Assembly (NCBI GenBank): GCA_965200555.1
Contig: OZ241365.1
Coordinates: forward strand, 371,719-435,718
Direction: 5' to 3'
DNA: 64,000 bases
Source: Dehalococcoidia bacterium
GTDB lineage: Bacteria; Chloroflexota; Dehalococcoidia; UBA2979
In this document: positions 31,021 through 40,026 of the stretch, one piece after another
Position numbering within the stretch: position 1 is the stretch's first letter
How the letters are laid out: the number at the start of each line of letters is the position of its first letter
Position numbers and translations under genes: made by a program
The notes under the pieces: generated by a model
The model's database searches: none
Told to the model about the DNA's origin: nothing
Seen by the model: the letters and a program-made list of their open reading frames with translations, nothing else

Positions 31021-32105
31021 CCCCGCGCCCGCCCTGCCGCCCGTCGCCCGCCGAGGCGCGGCGGCGCCTCGGCCGCCGCGTACGCATCGAGGGCCGCGCG
31101 GCGGCGGGCGAGCTCGTCCGCGTCCGGGGCGGCGCCGCCGCCGAGCGCGGCGGCGAGCCCGGCGCGATCGAGCAGGAAGACGGCGCCGGGCTCCGGCAGC
31201 GCCCCCCGAGCCGCGAGGGGCCGCGCGAGCCGCAGCCACGCCGCCCGCGCCGCCGCCGTCAGCCGCCCGGCGTGCTCCGTGAGCGCGTCCAGCTCCCCGG
31301 CGCGCCGCCTCGCTTCCTCCGCCAGCGCGCGCAGCGCGCCGTCCGCCTCCGCGGCGAAGGCGTCGCGGCGTTCGAGGGCGGCGCGCCCCGCATCGAGGGG
31401 GCTGGCCGCGCGGGGCAGGGTCGCCGCCTCGCGCACGGCCTGCGTGAGCAGCGCGCGATCCTCGCGCCAGCCGGCGACGTCCTGGCGGCAGCCCGGCGCG
31501 GCGTCGCCGAACTCCTCGACGGCGCGCGCGAAGCGCCGCAGGTACTCGCGCTGCCCGCCCGTCGGCCCGAACGTCTGCGAGAGCCTGCTGCCCTCGCTCC
31601 GCAGCAGGCGGCTCAGCTCCCACACCGCCTCCGCGCGGCGCGACGCCCTCGACGGCAGCGGCGCTGCGAGATCGCGCGCCTCGCCGCGCCGCCCCTCGCC
31701 GAAGCGCGCGGCGTACGCCTCCCCGAACGCATCGAGGGCGCGCGCCGCGGGCGCCGCGACGGCCGCGCGCAGCCCTCGCGAGACCGCCGCCCACGCCTCG
31801 AAACGCTCGCCCAGCGCCTCGTCCCAGCGGCCGGAGGGCGCGGCGTCCGGTCCGAGGCCGCCGAACGAGCCGATCAGCGCCTCGATCCGCGGCAGCCACT
31901 CCTCGCGCCAGCCGCCGTCGCCGGACGCGGCCTCCGCGGCGGCGGCGGGGTCGTCGCGGACGTAGACGTAGCCGCCGACGGCGACGGCCCAGGGCGGCTG
32001 CGCCAGCAGCCCTGCGACGAGCGGCGGATGCGCCTCGCGGCCCTCGAGTCGCCAGCGGCGCCCGGCGAGGGCGCCGGGCAGCGCGAACCGGGCTTCGCCG
32101 CTCAT
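30972..32105 (-). CDS. Hypothetical protein resembling the substrate-binding domain of PEP-utilising phosphotransferases
   Basis: EEFG...WREDR, LAARGALPEPGAVFLL...PPRL resemble that domain; no His-swivel domain visible. Confidence 0.5.
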   Translation of the reverse strand: MSGEARFALPGALAGRRWRLEGREAHPPLVAGLLAQPPWAVAVGGYVYVRDDPAAAAEAASGDGGWREEWLPRIEALIGSFGGLGPDAAPSGRWDEALGERFEAWAAVSRGLRAAVAAPAARALDAFGEAYAARFGEGRRGEARDLAAPLPSRASRRAEAVWELSRLLRSEGSRLSQTFGPTGGQREYLRRFARAVEEFGDAAPGCRQDVAGWREDRALLTQAVREAATLPRAASPLDAGRAALERRDAFAAEADGALRALAEEARRRAGELDALTEHAGRLTAAARAAWLRLARPLAARGALPEPGAVFLLDRAGLAAALGGGAAPDADELARRRAALDAYAAAEAPPRLGGRRAAGRARGYGPPGRGSSPSAPGS

Positions 32106-32255
32106 CCCGCCCCCGATCGCCTCGCGGCGCGCGCGCCACATGCTACCGCCGTCCGCGGCGAGGAGCCGCGCCGCCGCGCCGTCGCGCCGCCGTTGGTGTA
32201 CCCTCGCGGGGAAGCGGCGCGCTCGGGCGCGGCGCGGCAGCGAGAGGACGCCGGC

Positions 32256-32465
32256 GTGTCGAGGGAGCATGTGCTGGGCTACCTGCTGTGGTGCGCCGTC
32301 GCCGTGCCCGCCGTCTGGCTGCTGTTCGCGATCGTGCTTGTGCCGCTGATGTCGCTGGCGGGAGACCACACGCTCTACCTCGGGCTGCCCGCCTACGTCG
32401 TCCCCGTCCCGCTCACCGCCTTCTTCATCCCCGCGCTCGGCGCCGGCCCCTCCGGCTCGTCCTGA
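32256..32465 (+). CDS. Small membrane protein
   Basis: Two hydrophobic segments; GAGG upstream of the GTG start. Confidence 0.55.
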   Translation: MSREHVLGYLLWCAVAVPAVWLLFAIVLVPLMSLAGDHTLYLGLPAYVVPVPLTAFFIPALGAGPSGSS

Positions 32466-32482
32466 CGGCGGCGGGCGCGGCG

Positions 32483-33682
32483 ATGGCGGCGGCGGACGCG
32501 GCCCCCGGCCCCCCCGAACGGGCCACCGCCGCCGAGGCGATCGAGGAGTTCCGGCAAGGCCGCCCCGTCGTCGTCGTCGACGACCGGGGCCGCGAGAACG
32601 AGGGCGACCTCTGCATCCCCGCCCGCTTCGCCGACGCCGCCGCGATCGCCTTCATGGCCGCGCGCGCGCGCGGCCTCCTCTGCGTGGCGATGACCGGCGA
32701 GCGGCTCGACGCGCTCGACATCCCGCTGATGACGGGCAACAACACCTCGCCGCTGTCGAAGCAGTTCACCGTCACCGTCGAGGCCCGCGACGGCGCCGCC
32801 AGCGGCGCCTCCGCCGAGGGCAAGGCGCGCACCGTCGCGGCGCTGCTCGACCCCGCCTCGACGCCGGCCCACTTCACGCGGCCGGGGCGCGTCTTCCCGC
32901 TGCGCGCGCGCGACGGCGGCGTGCTGGCGCGCGCCGGCCACACCGAGGCGTCGGTCGACCTCGCGCGCCTCGCCGGCTGCGAGCCCGCCGCCGTGATCTG
33001 CGAGCTGATCCGCGAGGACGGCGCCGTCATGGGCGCGGACGACCTCGTCGCGTTCGCGCGCGAGCACGGCCTCCGCATCCTCGCCGTCAACGACCTGATC
33101 GCGCACCGCCTCCGCACCGACGCCCTGATCGAGCGCGTCGCCGAGGCCGGCCTGCCCAGCCGCCACGGCGAGTTCACCGCCGTCGCCTACCGCACGCTCC
33201 TCGACACGCGCGAGCACGTCGCGTTCGTCCTCGGCGACGTCGCGGCGCCGGAGCCGGTGCTCGTGCGCGTGCACGACCAGTGCGTGACCGGCGACGTCTT
33301 CCGCTCGCTCGACTGCGACTGCGGCGAGCAGCTGCGGGCCGCGATGGACCTCGTCGCCGAGGCCGGGCGGGGCGTCGTCGTCTACCTCTACCAGCAGGGC
33401 CGCACCGGCCACCACCGCAAGGGCGCCGCCCCCGGCGCGCCCGCCGCCGCGGGCCCCGCCCCCGCCGAGGCGCTCGGCCTGCCCGACTACGGCATCGGGA
33501 TGCAGATCCTCGCCGACCTCGGCGTGCGCGCGATGCGGCTGATCACCGACAACCCCGTGCACCGCTCCGGCCTCGAGGGCTACGGCCTCGAGATCGCCGG
33601 GCTCGTCCCCCTCGAGGAGCGCGCGCGCGCCCGCCGCGAGTCGGCGCTGGCCGCGGCCGGCGAGGGCGCCGCGGGCGCGTAG
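32483..33682 (+). CDS. RibBA-like DHBP synthase / GTP cyclohydrolase II fusion (divergent)
   Basis: VVDDRGRENEGDL, RAGHTEASVDL, VRVHDQCVTGD...DCDCGEQL; several canonical motifs altered. Confidence 0.85.
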   Translation: MAAADAAPGPPERATAAEAIEEFRQGRPVVVVDDRGRENEGDLCIPARFADAAAIAFMAARARGLLCVAMTGERLDALDIPLMTGNNTSPLSKQFTVTVEARDGAASGASAEGKARTVAALLDPASTPAHFTRPGRVFPLRARDGGVLARAGHTEASVDLARLAGCEPAAVICELIREDGAVMGADDLVAFAREHGLRILAVNDLIAHRLRTDALIERVAEAGLPSRHGEFTAVAYRTLLDTREHVAFVLGDVAAPEPVLVRVHDQCVTGDVFRSLDCDCGEQLRAAMDLVAEAGRGVVVYLYQQGRTGHHRKGAAPGAPAAAGPAPAEALGLPDYGIGMQILADLGVRAMRLITDNPVHRSGLEGYGLEIAGLVPLEERARARRESALAAAGEGAAGA

Positions 33683-33701
33683 CGGCGCGGAGGTATCGCG
33701 G

Positions 33702-36188
33702 GTGGGCGCGTTCCTGCGGCTGATCGGCGACATGGGGCGGCTCGTTCTCGAAGCGGCGCCGAGGCGCGAGCGGAGTTCCAGGCGTCGCGACCTGAAGCGC
33801 GAGCTGCGGGACCAAGCCACCCCCGACTACTGGCGACGGCGCGAGGAAGCGCGGTCGCGACGCTTCCGGCTCGTCAAACTGCGCCACGGCTTCAGACTCC
33901 GTTCCCGCTCCCTCCGCGACCGGGCCGTCGCCGTCCGCGCGGACGCGACGGGAATGTTGCCCGCATTCGGCGGCGGCGCGCTGGCGTTCGGCACGGCGTG
34001 GGCAATCGAGTGGGCGCTGGCCCGCCACGCCGAGCCTCGCCTCGTCCCCGCCGGGGAAGCGCCTCTCGGCGTTGTCCCCGTCATCGCCGTGCCGGTGGCC
34101 GCAACCCTGTTGGGCATCTACTTCGCGAGCGTGGGCATCGTCCTCTCCACGTCGTACCAGCGCGTATCCGCCCGCGTGCGATCCCTCGTGCTCGGCGACG
34201 CGCGCAGGCGGGGCCGCCTGCAAACGATCGTCTTCGCCATCGGCTGGGGCATCGCACTCGTGCTGTTGCCGGGTTTCGGTATTCCGTACGGGTACACGGT
34301 CGCTTCCTTGTACGTCGTCCTCGTCGCCCTCAGCGCCTATTACCTGATCCGGCTGAATACGGATGCGTTCGCGCTGTTCGACCCCGCGGCCTTGTCCGTT
34401 GAGCCGCTCTCGGCTATCGCCCGATCGATCGATCGCATGGGATCGGCGGGAGACGACGCGGTACTGGATGCTGCAGCCCGCGAAGCCGACAGTAACCTCG
34501 GCACCCTTACCGAGCTCATCGCTCTGAGGAGCGTTCGATCCCCTGCCCGCCAGGATAGCCTCGCCGACATGGCCGAGTACTTGATCATGCTGGTCCGCCG
34601 CTACTCCCGGAAGAAGCATCTGCTGACGCCCGATAGCGGTTGGTTCATGCGAAGACCCGTCTACCAGAGGTGGGTCGAAGCGGACCCGTCGCTGGTGGAA
34701 ATCGCGCTCCGGACAGCCGTACCTTTGCCTGCCCAGCTGCAACCCGTGCCCGATTGGCTCGAAGATCGCTCCGCACATGTCGCTGCAGCCGCGATCGAGG
34801 CATGCGTCAGCTCGGACGACCGTAACTCCGCGTTGCGGATCATGGATGCGCTCAGGATCACGGTGCAGGCGCTGGCCGGGACCGGACACACCGACGACGC
34901 GCTCGCCGTCGCCGGCATCGTTCGCGACCGCTGCGGCGCCGTCCAGCCCGGGAAAACGGCTGCGGCACCCGTGGTGTCCGAGATTCCGACCGTCTTCGCC
35001 TCGTTGTTCCTGGGGTGGATCGAGGCAGCATCCTCTTGGCCGGACGAGGTGCGTTCCGTGGTGACGAGTACCGAGTGGGGGCCCGACACCGAGGCGGTAC
35101 GCATCCGCGGGCCGCGCCGCGTGCGGGATGCCGCCCAGCGCCTGCTTCGCGGAATCCAGTCCGAGATCGCCGTCGATGGGAAGCGGGCAACTCCCGACTG
35201 GTACCTGCGTCATGCGCTGGCGACCGAGTACGTCATCGCGCTGCGCGAGTTCGCACGACTGCTGCCGAACCTGCTCGACGAGCACCTTGTCGGCGCGTTC
35301 AGGCCGCCGGGCGAGCCCATGCTGAACGTCGCGATCGGCGGGCAAGCGCTTCAGGCGCTGGCCAGGTCCGAACTGCTCGTTGCCGCCATCCCCGGGGCCA
35401 TCTGCGCGCTCGAGGCTCTGCGTTCGCCCAACGAACCGATGCCGACCGCGGAACTCGACGGAATCGGCAATCGCATCCGAGGGAGCCGCTCCCAGGTCCT
35501 CAAGCACATGGCGGACGCCATCATCGCCCTGCAACCGGAAGCGGAGCCGTCCGCCCCCGATTTCTTCGGGGGAGCATGGTTCACGCTGGTCCACCACATG
35601 GAGCGGGCGCTCAGGGAACGGGAAGACGCCGTGGTGCGCGACGTGTTCCCGAAGCTTCTGCTGGCGACGTACAACTTCCAAGGGCACTTGCTGGCTACCT
35701 ACCAGCCGCCGTCCTACCTAGCGGCGGGGACATGGGCGGCGACGGTCGACAAGATGGTGGAGGTCATCGAGCTGTCGGGGCTGGCGCTGATCTACGACGA
35801 GCTGCACGGCGGCATGCTCGCCGAGCCAATCAGAGAAGCGTGGACATCTCTGGACGCTGGTTTCGTCAAGTACGCGCTGGATCAACTCGACTACCAAACG
35901 TTGACTCTTTCCCATAGTATGCGGATATCGCAATGGCGCATAAGTCTCTCGAAGGCGATCGTGGCTGCCGGTTATGCCAGACCACAGTACGGCTCCTTCG
36001 ATCCTTCGCCGCACCAGGACGCGCCGCGGCTCATCGGAATGTTGAACGTGGACGAGGCCCATGACCTCGGCATCGCTCCCGGAGCCGTCTTCGCTGGGGA
36101 AGTCCTCGGTCCGCTGAGCGAAGAAGGGGACGAGAACCTGGCGGAGCGCCCCGGACTGCGACGCTACTACGAGGTCATGTCCAAGTGA
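33702..36188 (+). CDS. Large hypothetical membrane protein (about 4 N-terminal TM segments)
   Basis: 828-aa ORF with lower GC than its flanks; hydrophobic N-terminal segments, then a long soluble region. Confidence 0.75.
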   Translation: MGAFLRLIGDMGRLVLEAAPRRERSSRRRDLKRELRDQATPDYWRRREEARSRRFRLVKLRHGFRLRSRSLRDRAVAVRADATGMLPAFGGGALAFGTAWAIEWALARHAEPRLVPAGEAPLGVVPVIAVPVAATLLGIYFASVGIVLSTSYQRVSARVRSLVLGDARRRGRLQTIVFAIGWGIALVLLPGFGIPYGYTVASLYVVLVALSAYYLIRLNTDAFALFDPAALSVEPLSAIARSIDRMGSAGDDAVLDAAAREADSNLGTLTELIALRSVRSPARQDSLADMAEYLIMLVRRYSRKKHLLTPDSGWFMRRPVYQRWVEADPSLVEIALRTAVPLPAQLQPVPDWLEDRSAHVAAAAIEACVSSDDRNSALRIMDALRITVQALAGTGHTDDALAVAGIVRDRCGAVQPGKTAAAPVVSEIPTVFASLFLGWIEAASSWPDEVRSVVTSTEWGPDTEAVRIRGPRRVRDAAQRLLRGIQSEIAVDGKRATPDWYLRHALATEYVIALREFARLLPNLLDEHLVGAFRPPGEPMLNVAIGGQALQALARSELLVAAIPGAICALEALRSPNEPMPTAELDGIGNRIRGSRSQVLKHMADAIIALQPEAEPSAPDFFGGAWFTLVHHMERALREREDAVVRDVFPKLLLATYNFQGHLLATYQPPSYLAAGTWAATVDKMVEVIELSGLALIYDELHGGMLAEPIREAWTSLDAGFVKYALDQLDYQTLTLSHSMRISQWRISLSKAIVAAGYARPQYGSFDPSPHQDAPRLIGMLNVDEAHDLGIAPGAVFAGEVLGPLSEEGDENLAERPGLRRYYEVMSK

Positions 36189-37159
36189 ACGATCGCCGCT
36201 CCAGTCCCTTTGGCGTCGGATTCGAAAGGTGGAGTCCGTCGTCCGGCAGCGAATGGATGCTGTACCAGGATTTCAACACCCGTATCGTGCCGTACCGGAG
36301 CGGGTCTGACGCATACGCTATGTCCGCCGAAGGGATGCCGATCCCTTCGATCGAGAAGTCGCTGGCGCTGAGGTCCGAGGGGGTAGACGATTTCGTCAGA
36401 CATACGGCGCTCGAATTGTTCGCGGGCTACGAGGCGTGGCTGGAGGTGGTGGCCGGCGATGGGGACGAACGCGAGGGCCTGCCCCCGGGCTTCCGGCTCT
36501 TCGCAGCCGACGGCGTGAGGAGGACGGCCGCAGGCGCGTTGGTGCAGGATGTGCTGGCGCCCGAGGACCTTCCGCCCGGGTACCGGCACAAGGGCGCCTG
36601 GGAGCCGGAATTGGAGCTCGATGCCGAGCGAATGGTGCAAGTGTCCCTGCCCGGCGAGTACCCGGCTACGATGCTTGCACAGGTATTCGGTGACTTGGCC
36701 GCCATCGGCGCCGAGGGAGTACCGGACTGGTTCATGCAGCGGATGGCCGAACCGACGACCGGCGCCGCCGCTGTCGACATCGGAGAATTCCATCGGACGC
36801 AGCGACTCGGCATCCTGCAGGCCGCCAGTCCGATCGGGTGGGCGGCGCGGGACGCACTGTACGGACCTCACGGGCAATTGGGCGAGTACTATCGCTTGTG
36901 GCGCGAGCTGAAGTTCCTGCACTTCATCGCGTCGATGCGGGCGAGCGCGGAGGAGGCGCTGCGGCGCGTGCTGGTCTTCGCCGGGGCGAGGTGCGGCTTC
37001 TCGGCGTCGGTGACCGCGCACGGGGTGCACACGCCGCACGAGGTCGAGGAGGTCATGCGCGGATTCGAGGCAGGCAAGATTCCTCTGTCCGAGGCCGAAC
37101 GGATCGCCTACGAGAGTCTCGGCGACGGCGAGCAGCCGATGCCGCGACAAGTCGTCTAG
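36185..37159 (+). CDS. Hypothetical protein
   Basis: 324 aa; GTG overlaps the upstream TGA; same lower-GC patch. Confidence 0.7.
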   Translation: MNDRRSSPFGVGFERWSPSSGSEWMLYQDFNTRIVPYRSGSDAYAMSAEGMPIPSIEKSLALRSEGVDDFVRHTALELFAGYEAWLEVVAGDGDEREGLPPGFRLFAADGVRRTAAGALVQDVLAPEDLPPGYRHKGAWEPELELDAERMVQVSLPGEYPATMLAQVFGDLAAIGAEGVPDWFMQRMAEPTTGAAAVDIGEFHRTQRLGILQAASPIGWAARDALYGPHGQLGEYYRLWRELKFLHFIASMRASAEEALRRVLVFAGARCGFSASVTAHGVHTPHEVEEVMRGFEAGKIPLSEAERIAYESLGDGEQPMPRQVV

Positions 37160-37230
37160 CCGAGGCCCCGCCTGTGCGCGGCGGGGGGATGTGCGACACT
37201 GGGGCCGGCGGGGGTGCGGAGGTTCGAGGC

Positions 37231-38688
37231 GTGCCCGGCCGCACGATGTCCCGCCGCCGCTTCCTCGCCGCCGCCGCCGGCGCCGCCGCCGCCTTCGCCT
37301 CGGCGCCCCGGGGCGTCCTCGCCGCCGCCGCGCGGCCCGATGCCGCGCCGCGGCCCGCGCCCGCGCTCGACGCCGCGATCAACAACCCCGCGCTCGACGG
37401 CCTGCGCCACATCGCGTGGGTGTGGCAGTTCGGCGAGGACGACGACCGCCACAGCGTGCGCGACGCGCTCGCCGCGCACGGTCTCGCCGTCGCGGTCAAG
37501 ACGCACGACGGCGTGCACTGGATGTCGGAGTTCGACCCCTCGCCCGACGCCGTCGCCGGCCCGCGGCAAGCCGCCGAACTCGCCGCCTTCTTCGAGGAGG
37601 GCGGCGTCCAGTTCCACGCCTGGTACAACGCGAAGGGCATCGATCCCCTGACCGAGGCGCGGATGGCCTCCGACATGCTCGACGCCGGCGCCCGCAGCCT
37701 CTTCATCGACCTCGAACCGCACCCCGGCTTCTGGGAGGGCACGCCCGAGGCCGCCCGCCGGCTGGGCGAGGAGCTGCGCCGCCTCCAGCCGGACGCCTGG
37801 CTCTCGACCTCGATCGACCCGCGCCCGTGGGAGATCGGCAAGATCCCGCTCGCCGAGTTCGCCGCCTTCACCGACGAGATCTCGCCCCAGATCTACTGGA
37901 GCCACTTCCGCGACTGGGGCAACCTGCTGCGCTTCCGCAGCGAGGGGTTCGACCCCGGGAGCGTGTCGGGCATCACGCCGCGCTTCGTCCTCGAAACGAC
38001 GATGCGGCGGCTGACGGCGTACGACCTGCCGATCCACCCCGTCGGCGACGGCACGGCGCTGGCCGGCGACGGCTGGGCCGAGTTCCTCGACGAGTCGTTC
38101 GCGCGGGCCGCCGAGGCGGTCTCGGTGTGGCGCTTCGGCGTCGCCGGCGACGGCGTGCTGCGGCTGCTGGGCGAGACGCCGCCGCGCGAGCCCTCCTACG
38201 CGATCCGCCCCGGCGACAACCTGACGGACCTCGCCGCGGCCTGGGGCGTCACGCTGGAGGAGCTGATCGCGTTCAACGGCATCGCCGACCCCAACCGCAT
38301 CTACGTCGGCCAGCAGCTCCTCGTCCCGCGCCGCATCGGCGGGCGCCGCGCGATCGCGACGCCCTCCCCCGTCCCGCCCGGCGGCCTCTACACCGTGCAG
38401 CCCGGCGACAACCTCTCGACGCTCGCCGAGGTCTGGGGCGTCGAGGTCGCCGCGATCGTCGAGGCCAACGGCCTCGCCGACGCGAACAGCATCCGCGCGG
38501 GCCAGCAGCTGGCGATCCCCGGCCACGGCGCGGCGCGGCCCCACGGCGGCAGTTACGTCGTCCAGCCGGGCGACACCCTCACCGCCCTCGCCGCCGAGTG
38601 GGACACCACCGTCGAGGCCATCGCCGAGGCCAACGCCCTCGACGACGCGGGCCGCATCCGCATCGGCGACACGCTGCGCGTGCCGTGA
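37231..38688 (+). CDS. Tat-exported glycoside-hydrolase-like protein with three LysM domains
   Basis: SRRRFL twin-arginine signal; LysM repeats YAIRPGDNL, YTVQPGDNL, YVVQPGDTL. Confidence 0.88.
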   Translation: MPGRTMSRRRFLAAAAGAAAAFASAPRGVLAAAARPDAAPRPAPALDAAINNPALDGLRHIAWVWQFGEDDDRHSVRDALAAHGLAVAVKTHDGVHWMSEFDPSPDAVAGPRQAAELAAFFEEGGVQFHAWYNAKGIDPLTEARMASDMLDAGARSLFIDLEPHPGFWEGTPEAARRLGEELRRLQPDAWLSTSIDPRPWEIGKIPLAEFAAFTDEISPQIYWSHFRDWGNLLRFRSEGFDPGSVSGITPRFVLETTMRRLTAYDLPIHPVGDGTALAGDGWAEFLDESFARAAEAVSVWRFGVAGDGVLRLLGETPPREPSYAIRPGDNLTDLAAAWGVTLEELIAFNGIADPNRIYVGQQLLVPRRIGGRRAIATPSPVPPGGLYTVQPGDNLSTLAEVWGVEVAAIVEANGLADANSIRAGQQLAIPGHGAARPHGGSYVVQPGDTLTALAAEWDTTVEAIAEANALDDAGRIRIGDTLRVP

Positions 38689-38773
38689 GCGCGGGCGCGC
38701 CGCGCCCCCGTGCGGGTACACTCGCGGGCGGCGCTCCGGCGGGAGCCGCCGGACGAGGGGAGACGCGGGAGCC

Positions 38774-39700
38774 ATGACGACGAGCCCCCTGCTCGGTACG
38801 GCGTTCGCCGGGAAGGCGCACGAGGGGAAGGTGCGCGAGCTGTACCGCCTCGGCGGCGGACGGCTGCTGATGGTCGCGACCGACCGCATCTCCACCTACG
38901 ACGTGGTGATGCCGACCGGCGTGCCGCGCAAGGGCGAGGTGCTGACACGGCTGTCGGCGTTCTGGTTCGCGCGCACCTCGGACGTGGTGCCCAACCACAT
39001 GATCGCCGTCGTCGAGGCCGGCGACCGCCTCGACCTCGGCGGCGAGAGCGTCGAGGCTGGCGAGGCCGGGCTGGCGGGGCGCTCGATGATCGTGCGCGAG
39101 GCGCAGCCGCTGCCCGTCGAGTGCGTCGTGCGCGGCTACCTCGCGGGCTCCGGCTGGAGCGAGTACCAACGCTCCGGCGAGGTCTGCGGCGTGCCGCTGC
39201 CGGAGGGCCTGACCGAGTCGCAGCGGCTGCCGGAGCCGATCTTCACCCCCACCACCAAGGCCGAGACCGGCCACGACCTGCCGATGACCTTCGCCGAGGT
39301 CGAGGCGCTGATCGGCGAGGAGACGGCGAACGCCGTGCGCCTGCGCTCGCTCGCGCTCTACCGCTACGCCGCTGGCGTCGCCGAGGAGCGCGGCATCGTC
39401 ATCGCCGACACCAAGTTCGAGTTCGGCCTGATCGAAGGCGAGGTGACGCTGATCGACGAGGCGCTCACGCCCGACTCCTCGCGCTTCTGGCCCCTCGGCG
39501 GCTACGAGGCGGGCCGCGCCCAGCCCTCGTTCGACAAGCAGTACGTGCGCGACTGGGCCAGCGCCACCGGCTGGAACCGCGAGCCTCCCGCCCCCGAACT
39601 CCCGCCCGAGGTCGTCGCCGCCAGCAGCGAGCGGTACCTCGAGGCCTACCGCGCGCTGACCGGCGAGCCGCTGCCCCCCCCGCCCGGCGCGCCGCAGTGA
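38774..39700 (+). CDS. purC: SAICAR synthase
   Basis: GKVRELY, ATDRISTYD, VECVVRGYLAGSG, IADTKFEFG, TPDSSRFW, SFDKQ. Confidence 0.98.
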   Translation: MTTSPLLGTAFAGKAHEGKVRELYRLGGGRLLMVATDRISTYDVVMPTGVPRKGEVLTRLSAFWFARTSDVVPNHMIAVVEAGDRLDLGGESVEAGEAGLAGRSMIVREAQPLPVECVVRGYLAGSGWSEYQRSGEVCGVPLPEGLTESQRLPEPIFTPTTKAETGHDLPMTFAEVEALIGEETANAVRLRSLALYRYAAGVAEERGIVIADTKFEFGLIEGEVTLIDEALTPDSSRFWPLGGYEAGRAQPSFDKQYVRDWASATGWNREPPAPELPPEVVAASSERYLEAYRALTGEPLPPPPGAPQ

Positions 39701-39981
39701 CGCTGTGGCTCGCGCGCATCGGCGTGATGCTGAAGCCTGCGGTCAACGACCCGCAGGGCCTCGCCGTCGCCGGCGGCCTGCGCGACCTCGGCTACGGCGG
39801 CGTGCGCGGGGTGCGCGTCGGCAAGCGCATCGAGGTCACGCTCGAAGCCCCCGACCGCGCCGCCGCCGAGGACGCCGCGCGCGGCATGTGCGAGCGCCTG
39901 CTCGCCAACCCCGTGATCGAGGACTTCGCCTTCGGCGTGGAGCCCGCCCCTGACGGCGCGCCCCCGCCGCCCGCCCCCTGA
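39697..39981 (+). CDS. purS: FGAM synthase subunit PurS
   Basis: LKPAVNDPQG...VRVGK...MCERLLANPVIEDF; GTG overlaps the purC stop. Confidence 0.95.
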   Translation: MTLWLARIGVMLKPAVNDPQGLAVAGGLRDLGYGGVRGVRVGKRIEVTLEAPDRAAAEDAARGMCERLLANPVIEDFAFGVEPAPDGAPPPPAP

Positions 39982-40026
39982 ACGGGACGAGGCGGGCCGC
40001 CTGCGGCGAAGCCCGCCACGGATCGG

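Noticed and set aside
29583-32465. 960-aa RarA fusion ORF
   Set aside because: Artefact of the +1 frameshift; the true RarA C-terminus is in another frame ending at 31020.
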